From Paramoeba atlantica (Eukaryota; Protista; Discosea): a stretch of 64,000 nucleotides of DNA. The stretch lies in contig CDRNVI010000083.1 in NCBI GenBank assembly GCA_977017575.1, positions 186,001 through 250,000 of the forward strand, read 5' to 3'. Below the pieces are notes generated by a model. The model was given only the letters and a program-made list of their open reading frames with translations. It ran no database searches and was not told the origin of the DNA. The position numbers and the translations under genes were made by a program. Positions within the stretch are counted from its first letter, which is position 1. Every line of letters begins with the position of its first letter. This document shows positions 12,281 through 22,737 of this stretch, one piece after another.

Positions 12281-13953
12281 AATGCATATTGTCCCACTGA
12301 TAATGCATAAAACTCACACCCTTATAATGCATAGAAACTCGCACCCTTATAATGCATATTGTAACCTGATAACGCATAATGTAACCTAATAACGCATAAT
12401 GTAACCTGATTGCAAAAATATGGTGGAAATGCTGGGCTTCGTAAATTGCTTGGGTGTGGTGGAAAAGTTGGGCTTCGCAAATTGCTTCCCACTAACGTCA
12501 GACTCAGTGGCCCGGCCGGCCCCTCCGTGCGTTCGGCCTCTCATATTCCCCAAAACAACTACCACCTTCCCCCCACTCATCAGGGGTCGCTCGCGCGACC
12601 CCCGCTAAATAGGGGGGAAGGTGGTAGTTGTGGGGTATGGAGGCCTCTCGCAACTCCGGGGCCTCACCGGGAGCAGGAATGAAATACTAGCGCTCTTTAA
12701 CTTATTTCTCCTCTCCACTTTTTTTTTCTTTTTAACTTATTTCTCCCCTCCACTTTTTTTGTGGGGTCGTTTTTTCGAGGGGGTGGGCCACTTTTTTTTA
12801 AGGGCTCGCAAAAAACATGCATTATAAGGGTGCGAGTTTTATGCGTTATAAGGGTGCGAGTTTTATGCGTTATAAAGGTGCGAGTGGCCTCCCACGAGCC
12901 GCTCAATCAATTGCGGGCAATAAATGTGAACGGGGGTGTATGCATGCGAATGCATGCATAGATAGAATGGCCTATCTATGCATGCGAAGGGCAAAAGTAA
13001 ACATTACTCCGTCCTTGTAGAAGAGAGAACCCCACATCTAGGCGGCGCGCTGGTGCACTGATCATTTCGAAAGCGTACAGTACGTAGCAGGAGAGTTTCT
13101 CTGATGTACAGTATGCAAAGACTCGCCGTACAGATCGGTGGATGTCAGTGTGGATCAGAGTTCTCTAGAGATCGATGAAGATAATTCTCGAACGCCCCAA
13201 AGGGACTACCTGCAGATTCTCCATTTCAACAGCGGCGAAAATCTGTACAAAAATTCGTCCCAAAAAAAATCCTGCCCATACGAGGGAGGGCCACCCCCGG
13301 GTATGGGGGTGGAAAATACGCGCCAAGGCCCCGGCTACCCCTTCTGAGGGTTTTTTTGGTACCGCCGCGGTGTACGGGGATAGCTGGGAGGGGGGTTCAA
13401 GGGGGTAGGGACAAAAAAAAGTTTTTTTTTCGAAAAATAATATTTTTCAAAAAACATTTCGTGCGGTATGCCCCCCTGGACACCCCCCCCTAGACCCCTC
13501 ATTAGACCGCCCATTTTTTATTCAGTTTTTAATCAGTGATCGAGAAGTCACGGAAAAATACAACAATCATAGTTTCGCGCAACTTGAGGCCTACCCACTT
13601 GCGTAAACGGTCATAAGTGGGTGAAGAAGAGCTAGCATACTTGTCTTCAAGGAACACAGTGTGGTCAGGTGGAAGATCCATAAAAGGATTTGTAAGGTTA
13701 AAGTAAATTTTGGAACTATTTTTTTAGGATACATTTTGACTACATTTCATCAAAATTTCACTTCACTAAAAGTAACGGGAACGTGTACCTCTCAAAATTC
13801 AGAACTGGTAAGAGGGTATATAAAATTGTTCAACTCCTGAATATCTAGGAGTGATCTTTTTCGGGGCACTGTATTTTTACTTTGAGCCGCACCCGACCGC
13901 ACCCGGACGCACCCGCTCGCACCGAGCCCGGTTCACCCCTCTTAATTTAAAAG

Positions 13954-14441
13954 AAAACTACGAAGTTCATTGTCTTGGACTTGTGGAGAGACCATATTCA
14001 GGATGCAACTGTACTCACGTGCACTTAGAAATACGATCAAAGATATGTCCTTAAAAAATCGAATAAGAATATGAATACTCAAAAACAAACAGCGATACAG
14101 AAGAACTATGCTACAGATCATTGATCTGTATGATATTCCGCTAAGGGACCCAAATAAGCGTTTTTGACACGTTTTCAGAAGAATAAATAAGAAAGAATTG
14201 TCAAAAAAGTCGGGAGAACAGAGAAAGTTGGCCGAAAAAGCTTATCCCACCAGTAAAGAGAAAAAAAACTACGAAATTAATTATCTTGGACTTGTGGAGA
14301 GACCATACTCAGGATGCAACTGTGCTCACGCGCACTTAGAAATACGATCAAAGATATGTCCTTTGAAAAATCAAATAAGAATATGAATACTCAAAACTAA
14401 AGTGATATGGGAGAACTATGGTACAGTTCAATGATCTGTAT
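13954..14441. repeat. Two about 178-bp direct repeats (13954-14132, 14265-14441)
   Basis: Near-identical blocks ...TCTTGGACTTGTGGAGAGACCATA.TCAGGATGCAACTGT.CTCACG.GCACTTAGAAATACGATCAAAGATATGTCC... Confidence 0.85.
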
Positions 14442-14850
14442 AAATTTCCGCCCACGGAACTGTATAGCTTTCAAAACGACTGTGTATTCCTATGAGACGA
14501 CGCTGAGCAAGAAAAATTTCAAAATCATTTTCTCGTAATGGTACATAAAAAACGAGATCTTATTCATTCATATTTTCATGTTTTTTTTATATTGACATTA
14601 AGGAACAACATAAAGATCACATAGCAACATGATATGGATTACTATGCTACAGATAAAAATATCTGCTATGATTGAAGATTGGAACGCTTCTATTAATTCG
14701 TACTAGACAAATCGGAGCAAGAACAAGTAATTTCCAATATAAAATCCCAATATAAAATATAAATTCCAATATAAAAGGATTTCTGATTTCGCCAGCACAT
14801 TGTCGTCCATTTCATTGTTATTTAATTCAAGACAAATATTTGAGCGATAT

Positions 14851-16392
14851 TTAAAGTTCTGAGACAGGTTTTTCCAAAAGTTTAGCATGCAAACCATCTC
14901 CGGCGTGCACTGCCAATGTCCGTAGAGCAAATTCTGGTCCCTGTTGAGCATTAAGACAGAACATGGCGGTTCCCTGTTCCACCCATTGCAGCTGCCCTTT
15001 GAGAGACACGCAACGAGCCTCCACGTCGGAGTATCCCCAAGCCACTGGGTAGGATATCTCTATCACGTCAAATTCCGGTACCCATAAGAATGAGGGAATG
15101 TGCGGGCTTTCGATCTCTGCTTTAGCGGCGGCAACGTGTGCTGATATTGTGTTACCCCCGAACCGGGCCCCCACGTTTATAGCATAGAGAGAGCGAAATA
15201 GGGGGAAGACATTCTGACATGCAGCAAGGGTTTGTAACGAGAGCTCTTCCCGAAGGCAAAGGTAGACGTAACCCGCGCACAGGGCATCGTATCCTGCCTC
15301 ATGGGCAAGAGCCCCATAGAGAGTCTTCCCCGCCGCCTTCATGCGAAGAGCCTCAGCGTACCGATCGAATCCAAGAGGAAAAGTAACATTGGCCATCTTT
15401 TTTTGTGTGCTATCCATGTAGTACTCTGCAACCATTTGAAGCCCCCGGGAGCGAAATTTGGATTCCCAGTCCGGTATGTAGGAAGCTAAAAGTCGAGTGT
15501 CGTAGATATGCGGAAAATAACGCTGCATGAGAATGGCAAAATCTTGGCTCTTTTTGGGAAGATCCGCATCCATAGCCGCAATGAGAAATAAGTAGTCACT
15601 TAGACAGTGATGCCCGATGACAGGCTTTTTGGAGGCTACCATCAAGTTGAACACTTTACGAAATCCTACGAAGTCGAGTATTTGCGACTCCACCTGTTCC
15701 GCTGCGGCCTCTTGCGAAGTCTTCCCTCGGACCACCAACGAGAGACGTCCACGGTTGGTGAAGGTAAGCTCCAGGTCTCGGAGCTGGGATTGGACAAAGA
15801 GTCGTACCCGACGCTCTGCTTTCTGAGGCAAGACGTACTCGGAGGAACCATTCTTGTCGGCGTACCACTCTTTCACTTTACGTTCAAGTTCCGCAGCTAC
15901 TTTCTTATCGATAGGGTCAGTGAGTTGACTTGTCGGTGCGGGAGCCGTGAATTGCTCTAGTTTGCGTGCTCGATAGCGGTCTTCCTGTGCTGCATTGCAA
16001 TACCCGACCCCTTCGTAGAACCACTTTTGAAAATCCATTTGGTTGCGCTTGTTAAATGAAATTCCATCTGGCTCCAGCACCAGAGTTCTTCCGGGACAAA
16101 GTCGCTCGTCGCTGCTTGGAAAAACGAAAAAGTTAAACGGTCGGGCAACGTACCGTGGTCCTGGGCCGGAGTTTTCCTGAAACAAACATATACCGAATTG
16201 AATAAAACTGTAAGTCTCCGCCACACGGCATTTCTTTTCAAAAGCAACCTCAGGCTCATCGCATACATGTCCCCGTGATGAAGGAATTTCGATTCCAGTC
16301 ATTTCGCCATCGATCGCATAAAATTCGCACTGTTCAAGGAGATTACCGAATTCCGGAAGGACGGAGGGGAAATTAGCCTTAGTGACGTTCAT
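14851..16392 (-). CDS. PARN: Poly(A)-specific ribonuclease (CAF1/DEDD family)
   Basis: MNVTKANF..., AIDGEMTGI, FQFGICLF, FNFFVFP, IGHHCLSD, DTRLL and AHEAGYDA. Confidence 0.92.
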   Translation of the reverse strand: MNVTKANFPSVLPEFGNLLEQCEFYAIDGEMTGIEIPSSRGHVCDEPEVAFEKKCRVAETYSFIQFGICLFQENSGPGPRYVARPFNFFVFPSSDERLCPGRTLVLEPDGISFNKRNQMDFQKWFYEGVGYCNAAQEDRYRARKLEQFTAPAPTSQLTDPIDKKVAAELERKVKEWYADKNGSSEYVLPQKAERRVRLFVQSQLRDLELTFTNRGRLSLVVRGKTSQEAAAEQVESQILDFVGFRKVFNLMVASKKPVIGHHCLSDYLFLIAAMDADLPKKSQDFAILMQRYFPHIYDTRLLASYIPDWESKFRSRGLQMVAEYYMDSTQKKMANVTFPLGFDRYAEALRMKAAGKTLYGALAHEAGYDALCAGYVYLCLREELSLQTLAACQNVFPLFRSLYAINVGARFGGNTISAHVAAAKAEIESPHIPSFLWVPEFDVIEISYPVAWGYSDVEARCVSLKGQLQWVEQGTAMFCLNAQQGPEFALRTLAVHAGDGLHAKLLEKPVSEL

Positions 16393-16653
16393 AAGGGTTT
16401 AATCAAGTTTCGATGAAAATAGTTAGATAGAAAATTAAGAAATCGTTAGGAGTTGGAAATCAAAATCTACAAAATAGATATTTTATTTAGAAAAATGCAT
16501 CATATTTGTTCGGATACGTTGATAACCCTATAGGTAATGGGGCTCAACAACATTGTGCATATTAAAATTTAATGTGCAGTATGCAGGTAGGGAATTAAAG
16601 TTAAGGGGAAACGAAAAAAATAAGAAAGAATATAAGGGGCATTGATTGTGACC

Positions 16654-16939
16654 TCACAGGAACTCAGCCTGCTCCCCACATGAATGCGAAGAACACACGA
16701 AGAGGGTCACTGCACATAGATGTCTTTGTTGCAAAGCCTGCAAAACGCCGTTTTTAAGCCAATTAATAAAGAGTTTGCATTCCTCTGATGTGCCAATTAG
16801 GGAATGTATTTTAAAGCCGTTTGCAGTATGAACCGTCAAAAAAATTTCTTTCATATGCCACGGTTGAAACACCGAACCTCAATAGATTCCGTTCGAGTAC
16901 AGTGCTATCACTAGCATCAATGAGTTTTCTGCGATTCAT
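16654..16939 (-). pseudogene. HOP1/HORMAD-like HORMA-domain fragment, frameshifted and truncated
   Basis: From ATG 16939: ...STVLERNLLRFGVSTVAYERNFFDGSYCKRL*, then a frame change to GFKIHSL...EECKLFINWLKNGVLQALQQRHL...*. Both pieces resemble the Hop1 HORMA N-terminus (RNLLR...Y.R..F; W...GV..AL...L). Confidence 0.6.
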
Positions 16940-17279
16940 CGAAACATATCCTTATGCACATCTGGCTCCTGCAAAATTTTATTGATATACTGAAGTTCCA
17001 AGTACATACCCCTGCCGGGTAAATGGGTAATTACCCGCATGGTGGTAAACAAGGGTAATTTACCCGGGTCATTGACCCATTTACCCGCTTTCACCCTGAT
17101 TTGCCAACCAATCATACGATCCCGTACTACAATGAAGCTCGATGAGTGTGCCAACTTTGCTGAGCAAGTTGTCGCTACAGAAACAGTATCTCAATCCATA
17201 GAGGGAAAAATCCATCCTACATCCGGTTTCCCCCTTTTTCTATCCCCTAAACCAAACAACCTTTTTTTTTTGCATTTTT

Positions 17280-18215
17280 TTTAAAAACGAACTCGTGCGA
17301 GGCGGAGTGGAACAGAATCAGGGACCCGATACCCCGTACTCTGCACGACAATCGCTTCTTCTCCATTCAAGTAATCTCTCCGCAACCACACTTCCTCTCT
17401 TCATGCCCACAGAATCTCGTGTTTGTCCCGTGGACGGATGCACTTGAAGTACAACGTCCCATGGAGCGCAGTGGCAGGCCTTCTACAATCACGTCGCCCT
17501 CCGACACGGTGACGCGGGAACAGTGGTGGGATGAACAAGGTCACTGCCTCTGCAGGTCATGTAGAAAAAATTACGTATGTGGAAAAAAAATGTTTCAAAG
17601 CAGGTCTCACACCTTGAAACGTGCAAATTCCGAAATCACGCCTCTCCTCACCCCACTGACCCCTCCCAGTCGCCAGCACTTAAATGTGCAGCACTTAAAC
17701 TGCGAGCGCAAGCCATCATTCGCGGCACACAATACGGCGTCGCGATTCCTGCAGGGTCGGAACGGCTCAGACTTTAGAGTCTATCTGGCTTGGTGAATAT
17801 TCCGTTCCACGGATTTTGACACATCCCAATAACTCAGCGCACGGGTTCTGGGATAACGATGTCCTTACAATCGTGGACACCGTTCCTGTTTACCCTCACG
17901 ACACTCGCGAACATGATTATGGTAGTCATTTTTGAATCGGCAATGCAATTGAAACGTGCAACCCTATGTAGTGCACACAAAGTGTATTTTTTGTTTAAGG
18001 GCGTCTGTGAGAATATCCGCATGTTCATGTGGACAGTTTGGCGGGCAACGAGCCAAATTGAAATGTCCAGACAAAGACTTCGCCGTCATCTTGTGCCGCT
18101 CGTTCCGCTTTGATCGCTTTGGGTCCGGGACCACTATCTCACCTTCAGAGCTTGATTCAGATGAAGAGAGCGGTTCGGGCGCCCTGATTGTCGATGATCT
18201 TCGTTTGGACATGTA
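17280..18215 (-). pseudogene. Degenerate Cys/His-rich reading frame downstream of a HINE-like palindrome
   Basis: ATG near 18215: MSKRRSS...CPPNCPH...VCTT*GCTFQLHCRFKNDYHNHVREC..., with several in-frame stops; family not recognised. Confidence 0.25.
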
Positions 18216-19081
18216 ATTTCCTTTTTTAGGCTTTTCGTTAAACGCAGTGGTTGTTTTCAACTTAGAAGTCACTCATGCTGCGCGCTTCGCGTTGAAAACT
18301 ACCACCGCGTTTAACGAAGAGCCTAAAAAAGGAAAATTAGCCAGGGACGCTGAAGAAAACGGAAGGATTTGAGCCAAAAATAGCCGATTTTTAGGTAAGA
18401 ATGGGGTGCTTTTTGGGTATTTTTGCTCTCAGAGCACTGCATCCGACATTTACGCGTGGGAAATCACTCATAGGCATGTATTCGAGGTTACATAACATAT
18501 TGGGTAGAGAATGCGACTCCAACCACACTATTCTTTCGACACAAAAAGGCCCCTTGGGATCCGAAAAATACTTTTTCACCTTTTTTAGTCAAAAATGGGT
18601 CATTTTGGTAGGCGTACCATGGCTTCAAGAAGCGACATCTCGCGAAAACAATGGCGTGGAAAGCTAGAATAGGTCCCAAACTATCAAACTATCAAAATAC
18701 AATAGGGGAAACAATTTTGTAAAAATACTTTTTTTACCATTTTTTTCGTCAAGTTGAAAAGTTTTTCAAAAAAAAATTCCGAAAAAATCCGAACTTGTCG
18801 GACCCATCCTGCGCATACGAGGGGGGGGTCACCCCCTGGTAGGGGGGTGGAAAATTATTTTTTCGAAAAATATTTTTTTCAAAAAAAATTCGTGCGGTAT
18901 GCACCCCCCCTGGACCCCCCAAGGGCCCAATTTTTTTAGAAATTTTTTGGACTACCGGAGCCCCTTTTATATATTTTTCTTCTATTATATTACTGTGTTC
19001 CTTATTATATTTTCACTGTTTTTGTTCACTTTTTTTTCAATAGTCGAGGGTAGAGCGGTACTTATACAACAACCGCAATAA
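18215..19081 (-). repeat. Hairpin-bounded dispersed element (HINE-like), longest copy (about 0.86 kb)
   Basis: Reverse complement of 58984-59828. Complete palindrome of about 130 bp at about 18215-18345. Confidence 0.85.
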
Positions 19082-19356
19082 ATAGAAGATAAGAATGCAG
19101 CGCTATCAGCAAAGTAAATGATATTATCATTGAAGGAAAAAGAATCTAAGAATTTTCCGATAGCAATGGAGAGTCTGCAGATGGGCTAGGTTGGGGTTCA
19201 AAAAAAACCTACGCGAACCTACACGGATCTGCACGAATTCACACAGACTTACACAGAACCACTTTTTTTCCGATTTCTAGTAGTTTTACTTTAGTTCATT
19301 TTTAATCCTTTTCATTTTTAGGCTCTTCGTTAAACGCGGTGGTTGTTTTCAACTTA

Positions 19357-19712
19357 CAGTAGTGTTCAGCCTCTTTTACCCCCCCTCCCTACAGGTCTTG
19401 TATTTTGTCCGATTTTGGAAATATTTTGTTTGGGACTGTTTTTCGACCCAATCGTTCCGAATCCGAGGTCCTTTTCACTCGTGGACACCCGTATCATACC
19501 TAAACCGGAAAAAGTAACCGCAAAAAAGTAGATTTATTTTTCACAGAGTACATTTTTTTTTAAATTGGTACATTTATTGGTGATTCATGACGAAGAAGTA
19601 CCGCTCCCTGTGCTTACCTTCCTCCCGCGTGTGCCCCGAGATGCGCACGGCACTCGTGATCGATTAAGAGCGACTTAAGTCCTATAAGACACTCGCAAAA
19701 CTTCATAAACTT
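19357..19712 (+). mobile_element. Left end and N-terminal ORF fragment of Tc1-like family B
   Basis: TA|CAGTAGTGTTCAGC...TTTACCCCCCC..CTACAGGTCTTGTATTTT matches 57172 onward. ATG 19587 MTKKYRSLCLPSSRVCPEMRT.. aligns with MVKRYRASSLPNQRISPERRT.. at 57399. Confidence 0.65.
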
Positions 19713-19801
19713 AACCCGGGTCCATCATTGAAATTTTTCGCTTTTTTTTTGTCCGGGTTAATATTCCTTTACCCTCGTATTATTCCTACCAGGAATATTA
19801 A

Positions 19802-20443
19802 GAGGGGTGACTCCTGCCCAGGCGCTCCTAGGCGCTCCCAGTAAACTTCTACGGAGATCCGACTTGGTGAAATGATGTTCGCAAAGAGGTCCGGAATCCT
19901 CAATGTCCCTTGGATGGAACATGCTGGGCTAACATGACAAAGAGTTAGAAAGGGAGACCGGCGTTGGGCTGTCGTCGGTGATGGGGCGTGTCGACTCCAG
20001 CCTTCCGAAGTAAGAAATTCCAGCTAGCTGCAGCCCGCCGGTTGGACAGTCTTAACGTTAGGTGTATTGCGGTGGTTGTTTAACTACCATTGTACCATCG
20101 ATTATTGAAAAAAAAAGTGAACAAATTTTCCATCCCCACGTGGGGTTGACCCCCCCCCCCTGGTATCCGCCAGATGGGTCCGCCGAGTTCGGAATTTTGA
20201 CGAAAAAAAGTTGAAAAACATCCTAGGCGGGATCCTAGGCGCTCCCACCCAGAGTCATCCCTCTAAGCACAATGTATTATTAACGTGTATTACATACCGA
20301 AACCCTCGTTTAAGCTCTGCAAAATAACAATTCCCGTAACATGATTTCTGCATTTTCAGATTGAAACAAAAAAATATTAAGAAACTAAAGAAGAAAATTT
20401 TGACGAAAGATATCCTAGGCGCTCCCACCCAGAGTCACCCCTC
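19802..20443. mobile_element. Tourist-like MITE (PIF/Harbinger-type ends)
   Basis: 12-bp TIR GAGGGGTGACTC / GAGTCACCCCTC with TAA on both sides; a second right-end copy at 20252-20263 is also followed by TAA; contains a HINE-like head at 20065. Confidence 0.7.
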
Positions 20444-20924
20444 TAAGTGTCCCAATGGTGCTTAATATTCCTATGTATGATATCATACGCTCGAGGCGCA
20501 GAGATACGTCTCTCTGTGTGACGGCCAATACCATCGACGCATGACCCGCATACGACGGGTGTCACACAGAGAGTGGAGTGCGAGGTAGGAGACGAGTCGC
20601 CCATCGGTCATGCTACAGCACGTATAGCCATGGTTCATGCTGCAACACAGTCAAGCCGTGGGTTCATGCTGTCAGATGGTCTATCGTGGATCATGATGCA
20701 TCATAGGGAGGTCCGTTACCGCCGCACTCGCTACAGCATGTAGGGAGAGAGGGGTGCAAGTTCGCATCCCCTATACACGCATAGAACGTGTCCTCCCGCT
20801 GTAGAACGCCCAGTGGCCCTCAAGGGAGGCCACCATGGCGCATAGCTCCCGGGAAGAGACAGACGCGAGAAGAAGAGAGCCGGGGAGGGAAGCCCGGATG
20901 TTCAACTCCAGTGCACCACCCCAT

Positions 20925-22309
20925 TGTCAACTCCAGCGCACCACTTTTTTCACCATAGTCGACCGTCATTCCTTTTTTCTGCGCCTCACCATAGTTGAAC
21001 ATCGTTCCTTTTTCCTTTCAACATAAAAACTTATCCAGAGTATTTAAAGAAAGTGTAATACAAGTGTAAGATCTGAGTAAGAAACTTTATTAGACAAGAA
21101 TTTCTTCACCTTTACAAAATGCTTAAATTTAATGTCATTAAATTTCCAATACTAGCAGACTAACTTTACAAGCTTTCTCACGTACCTTTGCTTACTTAGC
21201 TTCTTTTACTTACGCAGTTCATTCACAAAATCCATTGGAGAACGATAATTTAATAATTTCCGAGGACGAGTGTTCAATTCCAATGCTGTTTTGTTTAATT
21301 CACTTTGGTTCAAATTCTCAAAAGATTCGGTTTTCTGATGGAATTGTCGGATCAAACCGTTTGCATGTTCCACAGACCCTTTCTCCCACGAATGATATGG
21401 AGCGCAAAAGAAAGACTTGCATTTTAATTTTTTGTTTACTTCTTCATGGTGCCAGAATTCTGTTCCGTTGTCGTATGTGATTGTTTGAACCTTGTAATTC
21501 TTTAACCCGTCTACAATTTGTTTGCTTACCCCCTTCGCGTGCTTAGATTCCAACTTGCGAAGAACAAGGAAGCGACTCTTACGCTCGCACAGGGTAAGAA
21601 TATATCCGGTATGTCCTCGACCCTCGACCAAGTCTGCTTCCCAATCGCCGTAGCGCCGACGCTTATTAACAATTTCTGGTCGATTTTCAAGTGGCGTTCG
21701 GTTGGGAATCGCGCTGCGATCAGGTCTGGTGCGACGACGGTATGGCCTCTTTCGCCGGATCCGCAAATGGGTGTACAACTTGCCGCCTAAGGACGCGTTG
21801 CGACGAATATGGCGATATATGGTAGAAGTCGAGGCGGTACGACAGCTACGGATCGTATTTGCAATCTGTTCCGGGCTGTGCTTCTTTTGAAGTCGAGAGC
21901 TGACTTCCTCTTCCAAAAGGCCTTGTATCTTGTGAGGCTTGACCTTTTTACACGAGAGGCGTCTTTTCGAAATGCGCTGTGCCCTCGTCCCCTCATAGCG
22001 CTGACCCCTTCTTGCATTACGCGCCAACTCGCGACAAACAGTGCTGTGACTTTTGCCAATTATGCGAGCTATGCTTCGCCGACTCTCGCCAGATGTAAAG
22101 AGTGATTGAATACGATTACGATCGTAATGACTGAGTCTTGAATAACGGCGCATTTGTAGTGTAGATCCGAAGGATATTATAAAATAATTCTTCTTTAAAT
22201 AATTGATGGTGCATTGGAAATGAGAATACAGTTTTTAAGAAAAAGTGGTGCACTGGAAATGACAAGAAAATTATTTTTTGGGAAAAAAAGTGGTGCGTTG
22301 GTGTTGACA
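20925..22309 (-). mobile_element. IS30-family insertion sequence (1385 bp)
   Basis: 26-bp TIRs TGTCAACTCCAGCGCACCACTTTTTT (20925-20950) and 22284-22309 match at 24/26; 2-bp flanking duplication AT; single transposase ORF. Confidence 0.9.
21206..22153 (-). CDS. IS30-family transposase, intact (315 aa)
   Basis: N-terminal HTH (SRRSIARIIGKSHSTVCREL), SPEQIA, STIYR, GDWEADLV (D), ITYDNGTEF (D), PYHSWEKGSVEHANGLIR (E; D-33-E spacing), LNTRPRKLLNYRSP. Confidence 0.95.
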   Translation of the reverse strand: MRRYSRLSHYDRNRIQSLFTSGESRRSIARIIGKSHSTVCRELARNARRGQRYEGTRAQRISKRRLSCKKVKPHKIQGLLEEEVSSRLQKKHSPEQIANTIRSCRTASTSTIYRHIRRNASLGGKLYTHLRIRRKRPYRRRTRPDRSAIPNRTPLENRPEIVNKRRRYGDWEADLVEGRGHTGYILTLCERKSRFLVLRKLESKHAKGVSKQIVDGLKNYKVQTITYDNGTEFWHHEEVNKKLKCKSFFCAPYHSWEKGSVEHANGLIRQFHQKTESFENLNQSELNKTALELNTRPRKLLNYRSPMDFVNELRK

Positions 22310-22737
22310 ATCCGCCAAGTAAACTCACTCGAGGAGTGAGCCGGGGAGGGGTGAAGAGTCGGAAGTACGTCCCCTACTTCCACGACAAAGAGGGACAGTT
22401 TCGGCCTTAGTGCCGGCCGGCAACGGGCATAAAAATACAGTAAGAGTATACCCGTTGCCGGGGAAACAAAGATGAACTAAGGAAAAAGTACCAACAAGGT
22501 ACAGAAGCTGCATCTTTATCTTCTCCTCTCCCCGACAACTACCGTGTCTTTGCTTGAGATCCACACAACTCACCCCTCGAAAATCCCCTTTTTGTATGAT
22601 TCTTTCATCAAAATAGCAAGCCCCAAGCACACACAAGACCCAAACGAGCACAAGATCAAAGATCGCGCCCCGTCGCGGCGCGAAAGATGTTTTGGCCCTT
22701 TTCTGCTAATTTTCTAATATTCCTATACCTCGTTATA

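Noticed and set aside
16995-17100. GGGTAAA/TTTACCC inverted motifs as telomeric repeats
   Set aside because: Not a TTAGGG array; only a few inverted motifs, more like a small TE end (similar motifs near 23735).
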